DNA from: an uncultured virus (IMG/VR IMGVR_UViG_3300036860_000214)
Taxonomy: Duplodnaviria; Heunggongvirae; Uroviricota; Caudoviricetes
Strand: one strand, 5' to 3'
Length of the DNA stretch: 64,000 nt
IMG/VR virus record: IMGVR_UViG_3300036860_000214
Positions 46,466 through 56,213 of this stretch are shown here, one piece after another. The position numbers and the translations under genes are program-made. Every line of letters starts with the position of its first letter. Positions within the stretch are counted from its first letter, which is position 1. The notes beneath the pieces are model-generated. The model did not search any database and was not told the DNA's origin. It worked only from the letters and a program-made list of their open reading frames with translations.

Positions 46466-48916
46466 CTAGTTCGAGTCCCATGACCAGTACACGTCGGCGA
46501 TCTGGCCGGTGCCGGTGATCGGCATGAGCACGAACCCGTTGGCGACCCCCGACGGGAGCCACAACCCGCGACCGCCGAACGTCCAGATGATCCCCGACCC
46601 GATCGACGCACCGATCGCGGCGCGGCGGATCTCCCCACCCACCAGCGTCGGCGCCACGGTGTGGGTGTCGCGCGGGTCGCCCTTGGCGGTGAAGTTGCCG
46701 TCGTTCTCCTCGTAGACGACGGTCTGCGCGGCGCCCTGGGTGCCGGTGGAGGTGACCCGCTTGAGGGAACACTCGAACGCGGTGACAGTGGTGTTGGTCA
46801 CCCCGACCTCCACCAGCCACAGCCCACCGGTCGAGGAGGCGTAGAGGCTGGCCATCGGCAGGGTCGCCGACCCGGCTCCGGCGGTGCGCCATGCGGCGGC
46901 TTGTCGACCCACGATCTAGCCTCCCGGGAGGATCAAGGACGGGTTGGTCGGGGCGTAGCCGCCGACGATGACGTGCTGCTCGGACGGCCGCGGGGAGCGG
47001 TGCAACTGGGCGACCGGGCCCCCAGTCGGCGGGTCGGTCTCCCAGAACGCCACCGACGCCCCGACGAAATCGTCGGCGGTCGATGCCGTCCACCCCGCCC
47101 CCAGCGACCCCGCCGTGGCGAGGGTGCGGCGGGCCCAGCCGCGGCCCTGCGCGCCGTAGTCCTCGAACCCCGGGGTGGGCGCCAGCGTCCAGCTCGCCGC
47201 CGGGGTGTTGGTCATCGAGGTGAGGCCGGAGTGGATGCCGAGGTAGGCGACCACGCCCGAGTTCAAACTGGCGTGGGTCCAGGACGGGTTGGCGACGCTC
47301 GCGGACAGGCCGCTGCCGTCGCTGTCGACCGCGACGACCTTGCCGGCGGCGACGGTCATGGTGGAGATCGCCGCGCGGAGGCTGGTGGTGCCAGTGCGGG
47401 TCACCCGGACGGTCTGCGCGCCGGACGGGAACACGTTGGAGTCGCCGGCCCAGTAGATGTAGACGCCGCCGGCCTCGGTCGACTCGGTGTCGAACCGGCG
47501 GCGGGTGAGCGCCACCGCGCCGCCGGAGATGCCGTAGACGACGCTGGTGACCAGGTCGCTGGCGGAGTTCCCGACGATGATGACGCAGACGCCGTTGGGG
47601 GTGCTGGCCGGGGTGATCGAGGTGTCGTAGCTCCCCGCGACCGTGTTGGCGATGCCGAGGATCTCGGAGTCGTGCGCGATCGCCATCGCTTAGATGACCT
47701 CAGGGGGTGAGACCGGCTGGCTGGCGGCGTACACGCCCAGCAGCGCGTAGTAGCTGTCACCGGCGGCTGGGGCGCTGGTGTTGACCGTGGCGGTGCATTC
47801 GTAGGTCGCCCCGGCGCTGGTGCCGAACGCCCACGACCAGGACACGTCCAGCTCCTGGTTGGTCAGGCTCAGCCGGGCCTCGTCCCGCTCGACGAACCCG
47901 CCCGTGTGGCCGGAGAAGTTGAGGGTCATGCCGGGTGCGGACGCCTGGTGGGTGGTGAGGTGGGTGGCGAGCGCGACGATCTCGCCGCGGTTGGTCGCCG
48001 GGGTGGTCCCGGTCGACAGGGTGGCCACCGACGCGCCGCTGGCGCTGTTCTGACTGTAGGTCTCGAACGGGCCGACCGGCTCCAGGCCGAGGTCCCATTC
48101 GGTCACCCGCCATGCCCACACCCGCGCGCCGATCGGGTCGGTCCACTGCCACGTCGACTCCCCCGCAGGGATCGGGGAGCAGCGGAACACCCACAGGACC
48201 GCTGCGGCGGGGATGGCGGAGCAGTCGAATTCCCACCCGTCCGGCATCCCCGGCCACACGATCGGGCCGTACATCTCCACGATCACGGACCCGCCGCCCT
48301 GGGTCGGGGTGTCCAGGGTGACGTCCACGGTCTGCTGGCCGGCACCACCGACGGTGCCGGTCTTGGCCTGGATCGCGTTGGCGGCGGAGAGGGTCATCTA
48401 CGGCGCAGTGCCGCACCAGGGCGCCACGAACGACCCGGCGAACGACCCACCCGACGGGAAGCTCAGGCTGGCGCTGCCCTCGTACTGGGTCGAGTCCATG
48501 CGGGTGAAGCTGACGGTGCCCGAGGTGGCCGCGATGTCGTTGCCGAGCCCGCCGCCCGCCTTGGCCTTCATGAAGTAGGCGCGGACGGTGCGGGTGACGC
48601 CGTCGCTGGTGGTCTGCTGGACGTCCGGGACCGTGAAGGTGAGCGGCAGGTCGCCGGCGGGTGGGTAGACGGGCGCGCAGTCCGGCAGCGGCGCCCAGCC
48701 GAGCAGCACCAGCCGGATCGTCAGCTCGTTGGCGACATACGGGCTGCCGGTGGCGCAGGCGTTGGCGCAGTCCGACAGCAGCACGACGTGGTTCCACTGT
48801 GCCTGCACCCCACCCGCCGGGCACAGCAGGCCACCGAAGTTGCCGGCGTAGGCGTCCTGGAGGCCGGTGAGGCTGTTGCCGCTGACCGTGCCAGTCGGGT
48901 TGGTCACGCTACCCAT
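46466..48916 (-). other. Four beta-rich putative virion accessory proteins (46466-46912, 46916-47686, 47690-48397, 48398-48916)
   Basis: Consecutive Gly/Thr/Ser-rich ORFs in the late operon. Confidence 0.6.
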
Positions 48917-49106
48917 CAGGTGGAGGTTCCTCCCAGGTCGGGGGTGGGTAGAGATGCGGGCGGGTCGGGTGCCGGCAGCAGGACCGCCACCGGACGGCAT
49001 CGGACGTTCGGTGGCGACCCGCGTCGGCGCCCGGCCACTGGCATGCCGGCCGGGGCGGGCAGCCAGGCGGGCTCGACCTGACCGCCGCCCCGGGCCAGTT
49101 CGGGGG

Positions 49107-49856
49107 CTACTGGCCGATTCTCGTCAGGCCCTCATACTCGATCGCCTGCACCGGCGTGTACGCCGACAGCGGCGTGAACCGGTGCACCACCAGCACCTCG
49201 GGAATCGGCGGGACGACCCCGCAGACCGCGCCGAGCTTGTCGAGGAAGATCCCGTCGGAGTGGTAGCAGGTGCTGGGCTCCTCGGGGAGCCACGGGTCGC
49301 CGATCTGGTCGAGCAGGCTGGTCCGCCAGGCCACCTGCGCGCCGTCGACCTGGCAGTCGAACGACGCGCCGAACTTCTGCTCGGTCGCTGGCCGGGCTGC
49401 GACCATCGTCTCGACCCCGTCGGCGTCCAGGGTGGCGACGAGCTGGGAGCACCATACCGCCCCGACTTGCGGGAACCGGTCGAGGTAGCCGGCCATCACC
49501 TCGACGAACTGCGGCAGGTAGCGGTCGTCGTCGTAGAAGGTCGCCATGTACCGCCCGCGGACCAGGCCCCGACGGATCGCCTGGTTGGTCGCCCACCCGA
49601 CCGGGCATTTCGTTGCCTTCAGGTCGGGGCCTTCGCCGGTGAACGTCCACTCCACCAGCGGATGGGTGCGGTAGGTGCGCCAGATCCGCGCCATCGCCGC
49701 CGCCGCTTCGCCGGGTTCACCGCGCCACTGGCCCGAGTCGACGACCAGGAGCTGGAGGTCCTGGCTGGTCTGGGCCAGGACGCTGTTGATCGCCTCGCGG
49801 AGGTACGGCCCCTTCATGTGGCTACAGAGCAGGATCGTCATCGCCGGAGCGGTCAT
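49107..49856 (-). CDS. GT2-family glycosyltransferase
   Basis: YLREAINSVLAQTSQDLQLLVVDSG...RGRYMATFYDDDRY. Confidence 0.88.
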   Translation of the reverse strand: MTAPAMTILLCSHMKGPYLREAINSVLAQTSQDLQLLVVDSGQWRGEPGEAAAAMARIWRTYRTHPLVEWTFTGEGPDLKATKCPVGWATNQAIRRGLVRGRYMATFYDDDRYLPQFVEVMAGYLDRFPQVGAVWCSQLVATLDADGVETMVAARPATEQKFGASFDCQVDGAQVAWRTSLLDQIGDPWLPEEPSTCYHSDGIFLDKLGAVCGVVPPIPEVLVVHRFTPLSAYTPVQAIEYEGLTRIGQ

Positions 49857-50806
49857 GCCGCCAGGGCCTCCAGGTCGTGGGCGACCAGCCGCCGGACGAT
49901 CTCGGCGAACTTGACCGACGGCACCCACCCGAGCCGTTCCCGGGCCCGGGCCGCATCGCCCTGGAGATGGTCGACATCGGCGGGACGGTACAGGGCTGGG
50001 TCGCGGCGCAGATGCCGCGGCCAGTCCAGCCCGGCCTCGTCGAACGCGCGGCGGGCGAGCTCACCGACGGTGTGCGCCTGCCCCGTCGCCAGGACGTAGT
50101 CACCGGGAATCTCCTGAGCGGCGATCAGCGGCAGCGCTGCCACGTACTCCGGTGCCCAGCCCCAGTCGCGGCGGGCATTCAGGTTCCCGAGCACCAGATG
50201 CTGCTGCTGGCCGCGGGCGATCCTGGCGGCCGCCATGGTGACCTTGCGGGTGACGAACTCCTCACCGCGCCGCGGCGACTCGTGGTTGAACATGATCGCC
50301 GTCGAGGCGTGCAGGCCGTAGGACTCGCGGTAGTTCACCGTCGTGTGGTGCGCGAACGCCTTGGCGACCCCATAGGGCGACCTGGGCCGGAACGGTGTCC
50401 CCTCATGCTGGGGCGCGGGCGCGGCGCCGAACATCTCCGACGAGCTGGCCTGCACCAGCCGGATGTGCGGGTCCATCTGCCGGATCGCCTCCAGCAGCCG
50501 CAGCACTCCCAGCCCGGTGACCTCGGTCATCAGGGTCGGCTGCTGCCAACTCATGCCGACGAAGGTGACCGCGCCGAGGTTGAACACCACCTCCGGCTTG
50601 GACTCCTCCAGTGCGTGGCGAAGGCTCGAGGCGTCCAGCAGATCCCCGTCGACCAGCCGCAGACCCGGCACCAGGCCCTGGATCCAGGCGCGCTTGGGGT
50701 TGGCCTGCCCGCGGATTATACCCCACACCTCGTGGCCGTCGGCGGCGAGCTGCTCAGCGAGGTAACTCCCATCCTGGCCGGTCACCCCGATGACGAGGGC
50801 TCTCAC
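49853..50806 (-). CDS. gmd: GDP-mannose 4,6-dehydratase
   Basis: GVTGQDGSYLAE...QASSSEMFG...PRSPYGVAK...FNHESPRRGEEFVTRK...GNLNARRDWG. Confidence 0.95.
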   Translation of the reverse strand: MRALVIGVTGQDGSYLAEQLAADGHEVWGIIRGQANPKRAWIQGLVPGLRLVDGDLLDASSLRHALEESKPEVVFNLGAVTFVGMSWQQPTLMTEVTGLGVLRLLEAIRQMDPHIRLVQASSSEMFGAAPAPQHEGTPFRPRSPYGVAKAFAHHTTVNYRESYGLHASTAIMFNHESPRRGEEFVTRKVTMAAARIARGQQQHLVLGNLNARRDWGWAPEYVAALPLIAAQEIPGDYVLATGQAHTVGELARRAFDEAGLDWPRHLRRDPALYRPADVDHLQGDAARARERLGWVPSVKFAEIVRRLVAHDLEALAA

Positions 50807-51075
50807 CGGGCTGCCCCGTCCTGGATCAACCGGGCGCCCTCAGCGCCGGCGCGGAGCTCGACCGACAGCCCGAGCAGCGTCAGCCCGTCGCCTCGGGGGG
50901 TCGGCAGGGCGAACGGCGGGACCTCGGGGGCGAACAGATCACGCAACATCTGCCACATCTCGCCGTCCATGACCCAGTGTCGCCGCTGCCGCTCCGCCAG
51001 CGGCACCGAGTACATCTCCTCGAACAGCACCCGCAGGATCATTTCCCGGTCGACCTGCTCACCAGTGGTGCTCAC
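50803..51075 (-). CDS. Hypothetical protein resembling a capsid-protein segment
   Basis: HWVMDGEMWQMLR...TLLGLSV. Confidence 0.5.
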   Translation of the reverse strand: MSTTGEQVDREMILRVLFEEMYSVPLAERQRRHWVMDGEMWQMLRDLFAPEVPPFALPTPRGDGLTLLGLSVELRAGAEGARLIQDGAAR

Positions 51076-52280
51076 AGCAGCACCGGGACCGGGATCGGAA
51101 CCAGGAACCGGCCACCGCGCTCCAGGAACGCCCGCTCCCGGTGGATGACGCCGGGCAGGTAGTTCCACGCCAGCAGCAGGTAGACATCGGGCGGCTCCCG
51201 GTCGCCGGGCGCGACGACGGGGATGTGGGTGCCGGGGGCGTAGCGGCCGATCTTGGCGGGGGTCAGATCCTCGATGTACTCCAGCAGGCTGGCACCGATG
51301 CTGCAGGCGTTCAGGAGCGTGGTCGACTTGGCGGTGGCGCCATACCCGGCCAGCCGGCGCCCTGCCCGCCGTTCAGCCATGACGAGGCTGGCCAGCCGGC
51401 CGCGAAGGTACTCGACCCGCCCGGCGAAGCTCTTGTAGGCACTCATACCGACCAGGCCGAGACGTTCCCGCTCGTACCAGACGCCCTCGGGTTCCTTGAG
51501 GTCGTGGCCGCGTAGCAGCGCCACCCGGATGCTCCCGCCCTGCTGCTCGGTCCAGTCGACCTTGGCGATCCGCAGCCCAGCCCTCGCGCACACCTGCCAC
51601 AGCGACCATAGCGAGAAGTAGAACCGGTGCTCGTGGTAGACGTGGTCGAACTGGTTGCCGGCCAGCAGGTCCGCCAGGTACTGCACCTCCACCACTGCCA
51701 CGCCGTCGGGCGCGAGCAGGTCGACGATGCCGCCGAAGAAGTCGTCGAGGTCGGCGACGTGGGCGGCGACGTTGCGGGCGATGACGAGCCCGGCCGGGCC
51801 GACCTCCTCACGGATCTTCGCGGCGGCAGCCCGGCCGAACGGTTCGACGTAGCGGTCCAGCAGCCAGGCGAACGTCTGCAGCATCGGCCCTTCCGCCGGG
51901 TCGATCCCGACCACCGGACAGCCGGCCGCGTGGAAATGGCGCAGCAGGTCGCCGTCGTTGCAGGCGATCTCAACCGTCAGCCGCTTGGCCTGCTCCGGGT
52001 AGGTGGCCAGCAGCTCGGCGGCCAGCGCCTGATGCTCGGCGACCTTCGACGGCGACGCCCCCGAGTAGAACCCATAGCTCACATCCCAGAGCAGCTCATC
52101 GGGGACGACCTCCAGGAGCTGCACCAGCCAGCAGGCGCGGCACACCGCGACCTCGAGCGGCCAGGTGTCCTCGGGTTCGTCGGGGGTGGCGGGGAACCGG
52201 TCGGCCAGCGGCGTGGAGCCGAGGTCGAGGAACACCTCGAGCTGATCGCTGCCGCAGCCGCCGCATCGGTCGCGTTGCAT
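51072..52280 (-). CDS. NDP-hexose 3-C-methyltransferase
   Basis: CGGCG...FLDLGSTPLAD...CRACWLVQL...EIACNDG...FDHVYHEH...GYGATAKSTTLLN...LLLAWNY. Confidence 0.92.
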   Translation of the reverse strand: MQRDRCGGCGSDQLEVFLDLGSTPLADRFPATPDEPEDTWPLEVAVCRACWLVQLLEVVPDELLWDVSYGFYSGASPSKVAEHQALAAELLATYPEQAKRLTVEIACNDGDLLRHFHAAGCPVVGIDPAEGPMLQTFAWLLDRYVEPFGRAAAAKIREEVGPAGLVIARNVAAHVADLDDFFGGIVDLLAPDGVAVVEVQYLADLLAGNQFDHVYHEHRFYFSLWSLWQVCARAGLRIAKVDWTEQQGGSIRVALLRGHDLKEPEGVWYERERLGLVGMSAYKSFAGRVEYLRGRLASLVMAERRAGRRLAGYGATAKSTTLLNACSIGASLLEYIEDLTPAKIGRYAPGTHIPVVAPGDREPPDVYLLLAWNYLPGVIHRERAFLERGGRFLVPIPVPVLL

Positions 52281-52364
52281 GCATGCCTCCGCAGGCTGTG
52301 GGGAGGGCTGGGCCGGACAGCTTGCGGAGGCGCCGAACCGGCCCGCCCTCCCATCCTTGTCGTG

Positions 52365-52541
52365 CTACTCCTTCGGCTTGCCTTTCGCCTTCGGTTCCGG
52401 CGTCGCTGGTGCCTCCGGGACCTTGAACTCCTCGACGTAGCCCTCGACGATCTTGGGGTCGCCCTCGGCTAGCACCGATCCCTCCTGCACGAACTGGTTG
52501 CCAGCCCAATAGGACTGGTTGGCGCGTACTAGCCCTGCCAT
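52365..52541 (-). CDS. 58-aa hypothetical protein (absent from the ORF track)
   Basis: MAGLVRANQSYWAGNQFVQEGSVLAEGDP...KPKE*. Confidence 0.6.
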   Translation of the reverse strand: MAGLVRANQSYWAGNQFVQEGSVLAEGDPKIVEGYVEEFKVPEAPATPEPKAKGKPKE

Positions 52542-53545
52542 CCTGCGACCTCCTCATAGGCGTCCCGCCAGAGCTTCCAGCCGCTCTGGATCGTCCAGCC
52601 GTGGGCGACCTCTCGGCCCTTGGCGCCAAGTTCCGTCCGGGCGGCCTCATCGTTGATGAGCTCCCGCAGCCGCGCCGCCCACTGCTCCGACGTCGAGACG
52701 AGGTAGCCGGTGACGCCGTCGACGACCAGGTCGCGGTAGGCGGGGCAGTCCGACGCGATCACCGGCACCCCCAGCGCCATGTACTCCAGCGCCCGGATAT
52801 GGGACTTCGAGGCGTTGAACGGGGTGTCGGCCAGCGGCGCCAGGCCGATGTCGAAGTCGTTGGCCTTGAAGTACCCCCACACATCCGGCTTCCACGGCGT
52901 GAACCGGGTCGGGCGGTCCAGCTTCAGCACCGGGGAGTAGTCGATCCCCAGGAAGTGCACATCCACATCCGGGTGCGCGTGCAGGACCTCGCGGACAGGG
53001 TCGGCGATCTCGGTCCAGTCGCGCAGGTGCGACATGCCACCCGACCAGCCGACCGTCAGCCGCTCCCGGCGGGGCCGGGTCACATACAGCGCGTCGGCGT
53101 CGAAGTGGTTGGGGAGGACCACCACGTTGGGGTTGAGCTTGCGCATCTGGGTGGCCAGCGGCTCGGTCGATACCGTTACCAGGTCCGAGATGCGGATGCA
53201 GGTCTTGAACGACTCCCGGACCAGCGGCTCGAACCAGTGGTGCAGCCCCGACCACGTGTCGGGCTGGAGCACGTCGTCGTCGATCTCGTAGACGAGCAGC
53301 ACCTTGCCCTTCCACCGCTGCCACAGCGCCATGCCGTCGGGGCCGCAGAACCGCTGCCCGACGATCATGTCGATCTCTTCGACCTGCTCGTCGTCGGGGG
53401 TGAACTTCACCCCCGGCTCCGGCAGCAGGATGCGATGCTCGGTCCCGCGGGCGAGATGCTGGTAGGGCAGGTAGTACCGGTAGTAGCCGGACCCGTCGGC
53501 CTGGTGGGGGTAGCCGAGGATCGTGAGCTGGTCGGATTGGGTCAC
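52529..53545 (-). CDS. GT4-like glycosyltransferase, paralog of the GT domain in 40452-42023
   Basis: DGSGYYR...YEIDDD...GWSGG..H...DIGLAPLADTPFN..KSHIRALEY..LGVPVIAS. Confidence 0.9.
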   Translation of the reverse strand: MTQSDQLTILGYPHQADGSGYYRYYLPYQHLARGTEHRILLPEPGVKFTPDDEQVEEIDMIVGQRFCGPDGMALWQRWKGKVLLVYEIDDDVLQPDTWSGLHHWFEPLVRESFKTCIRISDLVTVSTEPLATQMRKLNPNVVVLPNHFDADALYVTRPRRERLTVGWSGGMSHLRDWTEIADPVREVLHAHPDVDVHFLGIDYSPVLKLDRPTRFTPWKPDVWGYFKANDFDIGLAPLADTPFNASKSHIRALEYMALGVPVIASDCPAYRDLVVDGVTGYLVSTSEQWAARLRELINDEAARTELGAKGREVAHGWTIQSGWKLWRDAYEEVAGWQG

Positions 53546-53851
53546 GAGGTCGCCCCGGGGTCGGCCTCGAAGGTGCGGCCCGGGTTGGCGGTCGCCAGCC
53601 GCACCGCCTCATCGATGGTGTCGACTCTGCGGACGACCTCGACGGTGGTCGTCCCGGCCATGACGAGCACGCGGGCGCCAAGCGGCTCAACTACCGACCG
53701 CACCGCATCGGCGAGGTCCTCGGCATCGCGCCGCCGCGTATCGGCGGGGAGGCGGATGACGAGGACGTCCCCCGGTTCGAGGGTGTGGACGCTGGCGAGG
53801 AGCTGCTCGCGGGTGACTTCGGTTTCGGGCATGCGGTCTCCCATGACACCG

Positions 53852-53883
53852 GAGGCGGGTCAGCATGGGATCTGACCCGCCTC
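53852..53883 (-). terminator. Strong hairpin downstream of the capsid/EndoVII genes
   Basis: GAGGCGGGTCAG-8nt-CTGACCCGCCTC, a perfect 12-bp stem without a U-tract. Confidence 0.55.
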
Positions 53884-53908
53884 ACGGCGGCCTTGTTGAA
53901 GGGGGTGG

Positions 53909-54493
53909 TTACGCGCCGCGCGCTACATACCGCGCTGCGGCGGCGATGATCTCCGGGTCGTCCTTGAGCAGACCGATGGCCCGGTTGCAGTGCTCGCACA
54001 GCAGCCCACGAACCCGGCCGGTCACATGATCGTGGTCGACAGGCCAATGCCAGCTTGACCGGTTGGGTTTCCCAGCATGCTTGCCGCCAGGCTCGGTGGT
54101 CTTGCAGATGGCGCAACAGCGCCCCTGCGCCTCGAACAGCTCCGCATACTGCTCGGGCGTGAGGTCGTAGAGCTTCTTGAGCACGTGGCGGCGCTTGTAA
54201 TCCGGCTTGTCCCAGATGGCCTCGCCGAACGGCATCCTCCGCCGTGCCGGTTCTCCCGGCGAGCCTGTCTTGAGGAGACGCGCCCGGTGCATTGGGCAGT
54301 AGGTCGCGTCATGCTCGCGGAGCTGGTCGCAGCCCAGCAGCTTGCAGCGGCGCTCGCCGGTCTCGTACTGGCGGATCGGTGCAGTCAGATCCAAGCCGTT
54401 CTCAGCCCGGTACTTATGCGTCGAGCAGAAGCCCTTGGCCTTGTACCGACGGTTACAGCCATCGGCGGAGCAGGTACGCTCGCTCATGGTCAT
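53909..54493 (-). CDS. Endonuclease VII-family homing endonuclease
   Basis: YDLTPEQYAELFEAQGRCCAIC...VDHDHVTGRVRGLLCEHCNRAIG. Confidence 0.92.
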   Translation of the reverse strand: MTMSERTCSADGCNRRYKAKGFCSTHKYRAENGLDLTAPIRQYETGERRCKLLGCDQLREHDATYCPMHRARLLKTGSPGEPARRRMPFGEAIWDKPDYKRRHVLKKLYDLTPEQYAELFEAQGRCCAICKTTEPGGKHAGKPNRSSWHWPVDHDHVTGRVRGLLCEHCNRAIGLLKDDPEIIAAAARYVARGA

Positions 54494-54585
54494 TGCCCTC
54501 CTCGACAGGGTGGTGGCCCGAGGCCGGGAGGGCTGTCACTCTCCCGGCCTCACCATCTTACTCCATCTTTTGGCGCCCCGCCTCC

Positions 54586-55980
54586 TTACTGGATGAGCAG
54601 CGCTTGCAGGGCGTTTGCCGTTGAGGCATCTGCGCCTACGCGCCAGAAGGCGAACCAGCCGGCTTCTGCAGTTGGCAAGTTAGCTGTGGCGGCGGCGGTC
54701 ACCATCGGGTTATAGAGGACCCGCATCCCGATCCGGTCCACGATGATGTACTGCTCGAAGTCGCCGTACAGCAGGACCTTGGACGCCGACGCGGTGCCGG
54801 CCGACAGCGAGCTGGACTCGTAGACCGGCTGGCCGAGGAGCTGCTCGGGGGTGCCCTGGCCGAGGTTGGCCCAGAACGAGCTGCCCCCGGCGGTGTCGAA
54901 CTGCCTTGTCTTGTTGATGTAGAAGAGGTTGGCGAGCCACGCCGCGCGGCGGCTGTTGCGGAACCGCGGCCCCAGGCGGCCCTGGAGGGTGTAGACGTCG
55001 CCGACGGCGTAGGCGGTCGCGGCGGCGGTGTTGCCGGTCGTCGCGGCCGTCATGGCGCCCTTGGGGATGTTGCCGGTGCCGACCCCGGTGGCGAACGCCG
55101 ACTCCTCCAGGCGGTCCTTGGCGTCGGCGAACAGCCGCGGGAGCTGCAGGCCGAGGTCGGAGTCCTCCAGGGACTCGTAGGAGCCGAACACCCACGCCTG
55201 CGCGCGCTTGGGGGTGATCTGGATCTGCCCGACGCTCGGCGACTGGTCAGAGGCGGCGGTTGCCTCACCGACGAACGCGGCGTTGACGCCGGCGGAGGAG
55301 ACGCCGTTCCAGGTGTTGGAGGTGGTCTGCTCGACCCGGGAGATCCGCCGGTAGGGGTTCATGCTGCCGGCATTGGTGAGGATGATGGTGGGGTCCAGCA
55401 CGAACGGGAGCATGAACCCCAGGGAGCCGGTGCCGAGGGTGGTGGACCGCTGGCCCATCCCCTCGGGGTCCTGCAGGTAGGCGCGGAACTGCTCGTAGTA
55501 CTCCTGCGATCCGGTGAGCAGGATGTGCTTGGCGACGCCGGGGACGGTGGTGGCGAGCTGGCTGGCGCGCTCGGCGTGCTCGTCGGGGAAGTCGACGAAT
55601 CCGGCGCGGCTCACCCACTCGATCGCGTCGTGGGCGCGGGAGCGGATCTCCGAGGCGCGCATCCGCCCCGTCGGCCCGCTGGACCGCACCGACTCCATGT
55701 CGTCGAACGGGTCGCGCTTGTTGCGGTAGACCTGCTCGGGTGCCTGCCGGTCGGAGCCGGGCTCGGTGGCGTCGTCGTCCTTGGCGGCGGCGGCGATCAG
55801 GTTGAGCTTCTCGGCGCGGGTCGCCAGCGGGACGCGCCGCTCCTCCAGCCGGTCATACTCGTCGACGAGGGTGTCGACGTAGTCGCCGGAGTGCTCCTCG
55901 ACCTCGGCGGGGTTGTCCTCGATCTTCTTCAGTTCGGCGCGGATCGCCTCCTGCCGATCGAGGATCTCTCTGAGATTCAC
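54586..55980 (-). CDS. HK97-fold major capsid protein with N-terminal delta domain
   Basis: GTG start 55980; GFMLPFVLDPTII...AAFVGE...LLGQPVYESS...YGDFEQYIIVDR...FAFWRVG. Confidence 0.92.
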   Translation of the reverse strand: MNLREILDRQEAIRAELKKIEDNPAEVEEHSGDYVDTLVDEYDRLEERRVPLATRAEKLNLIAAAAKDDDATEPGSDRQAPEQVYRNKRDPFDDMESVRSSGPTGRMRASEIRSRAHDAIEWVSRAGFVDFPDEHAERASQLATTVPGVAKHILLTGSQEYYEQFRAYLQDPEGMGQRSTTLGTGSLGFMLPFVLDPTIILTNAGSMNPYRRISRVEQTTSNTWNGVSSAGVNAAFVGEATAASDQSPSVGQIQITPKRAQAWVFGSYESLEDSDLGLQLPRLFADAKDRLEESAFATGVGTGNIPKGAMTAATTGNTAAATAYAVGDVYTLQGRLGPRFRNSRRAAWLANLFYINKTRQFDTAGGSSFWANLGQGTPEQLLGQPVYESSSLSAGTASASKVLLYGDFEQYIIVDRIGMRVLYNPMVTAAATANLPTAEAGWFAFWRVGADASTANALQALLIQ

Positions 55981-56213
55981 TTCGAGCCTCCTTGCCCGGC
56001 CGGACCGTCGTGGCCCGGCCGGAGCGCTTTCGTGACCCGCATCTGCCGAAGCCGCCGCAGCAGCTTCCGTCTGGCCTCCAGCCGTTCGTACTCGTCCAGG
56101 AGCTCGTCGGCGAGGTCGCCGCGTGGCCCGTCGGTGACGGGTCCGTCGGCGGCGAGCCCGCGCAGCTCGGCGCGGATCGCCTCCTGCCGATCTGCGATCT
56201 CCCGGGGGTTCAT
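55977..56213 (-). CDS. Free-standing paralog of the capsid N-terminal (delta) segment
   Basis: MNPREIADRQEAIRAEL...DEYERLE versus VNLREILDRQEAIRAEL...DEYDRLE. Confidence 0.75.
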   Translation of the reverse strand: MNPREIADRQEAIRAELRGLAADGPVTDGPRGDLADELLDEYERLEARRKLLRRLRQMRVTKALRPGHDGPAGQGGSK

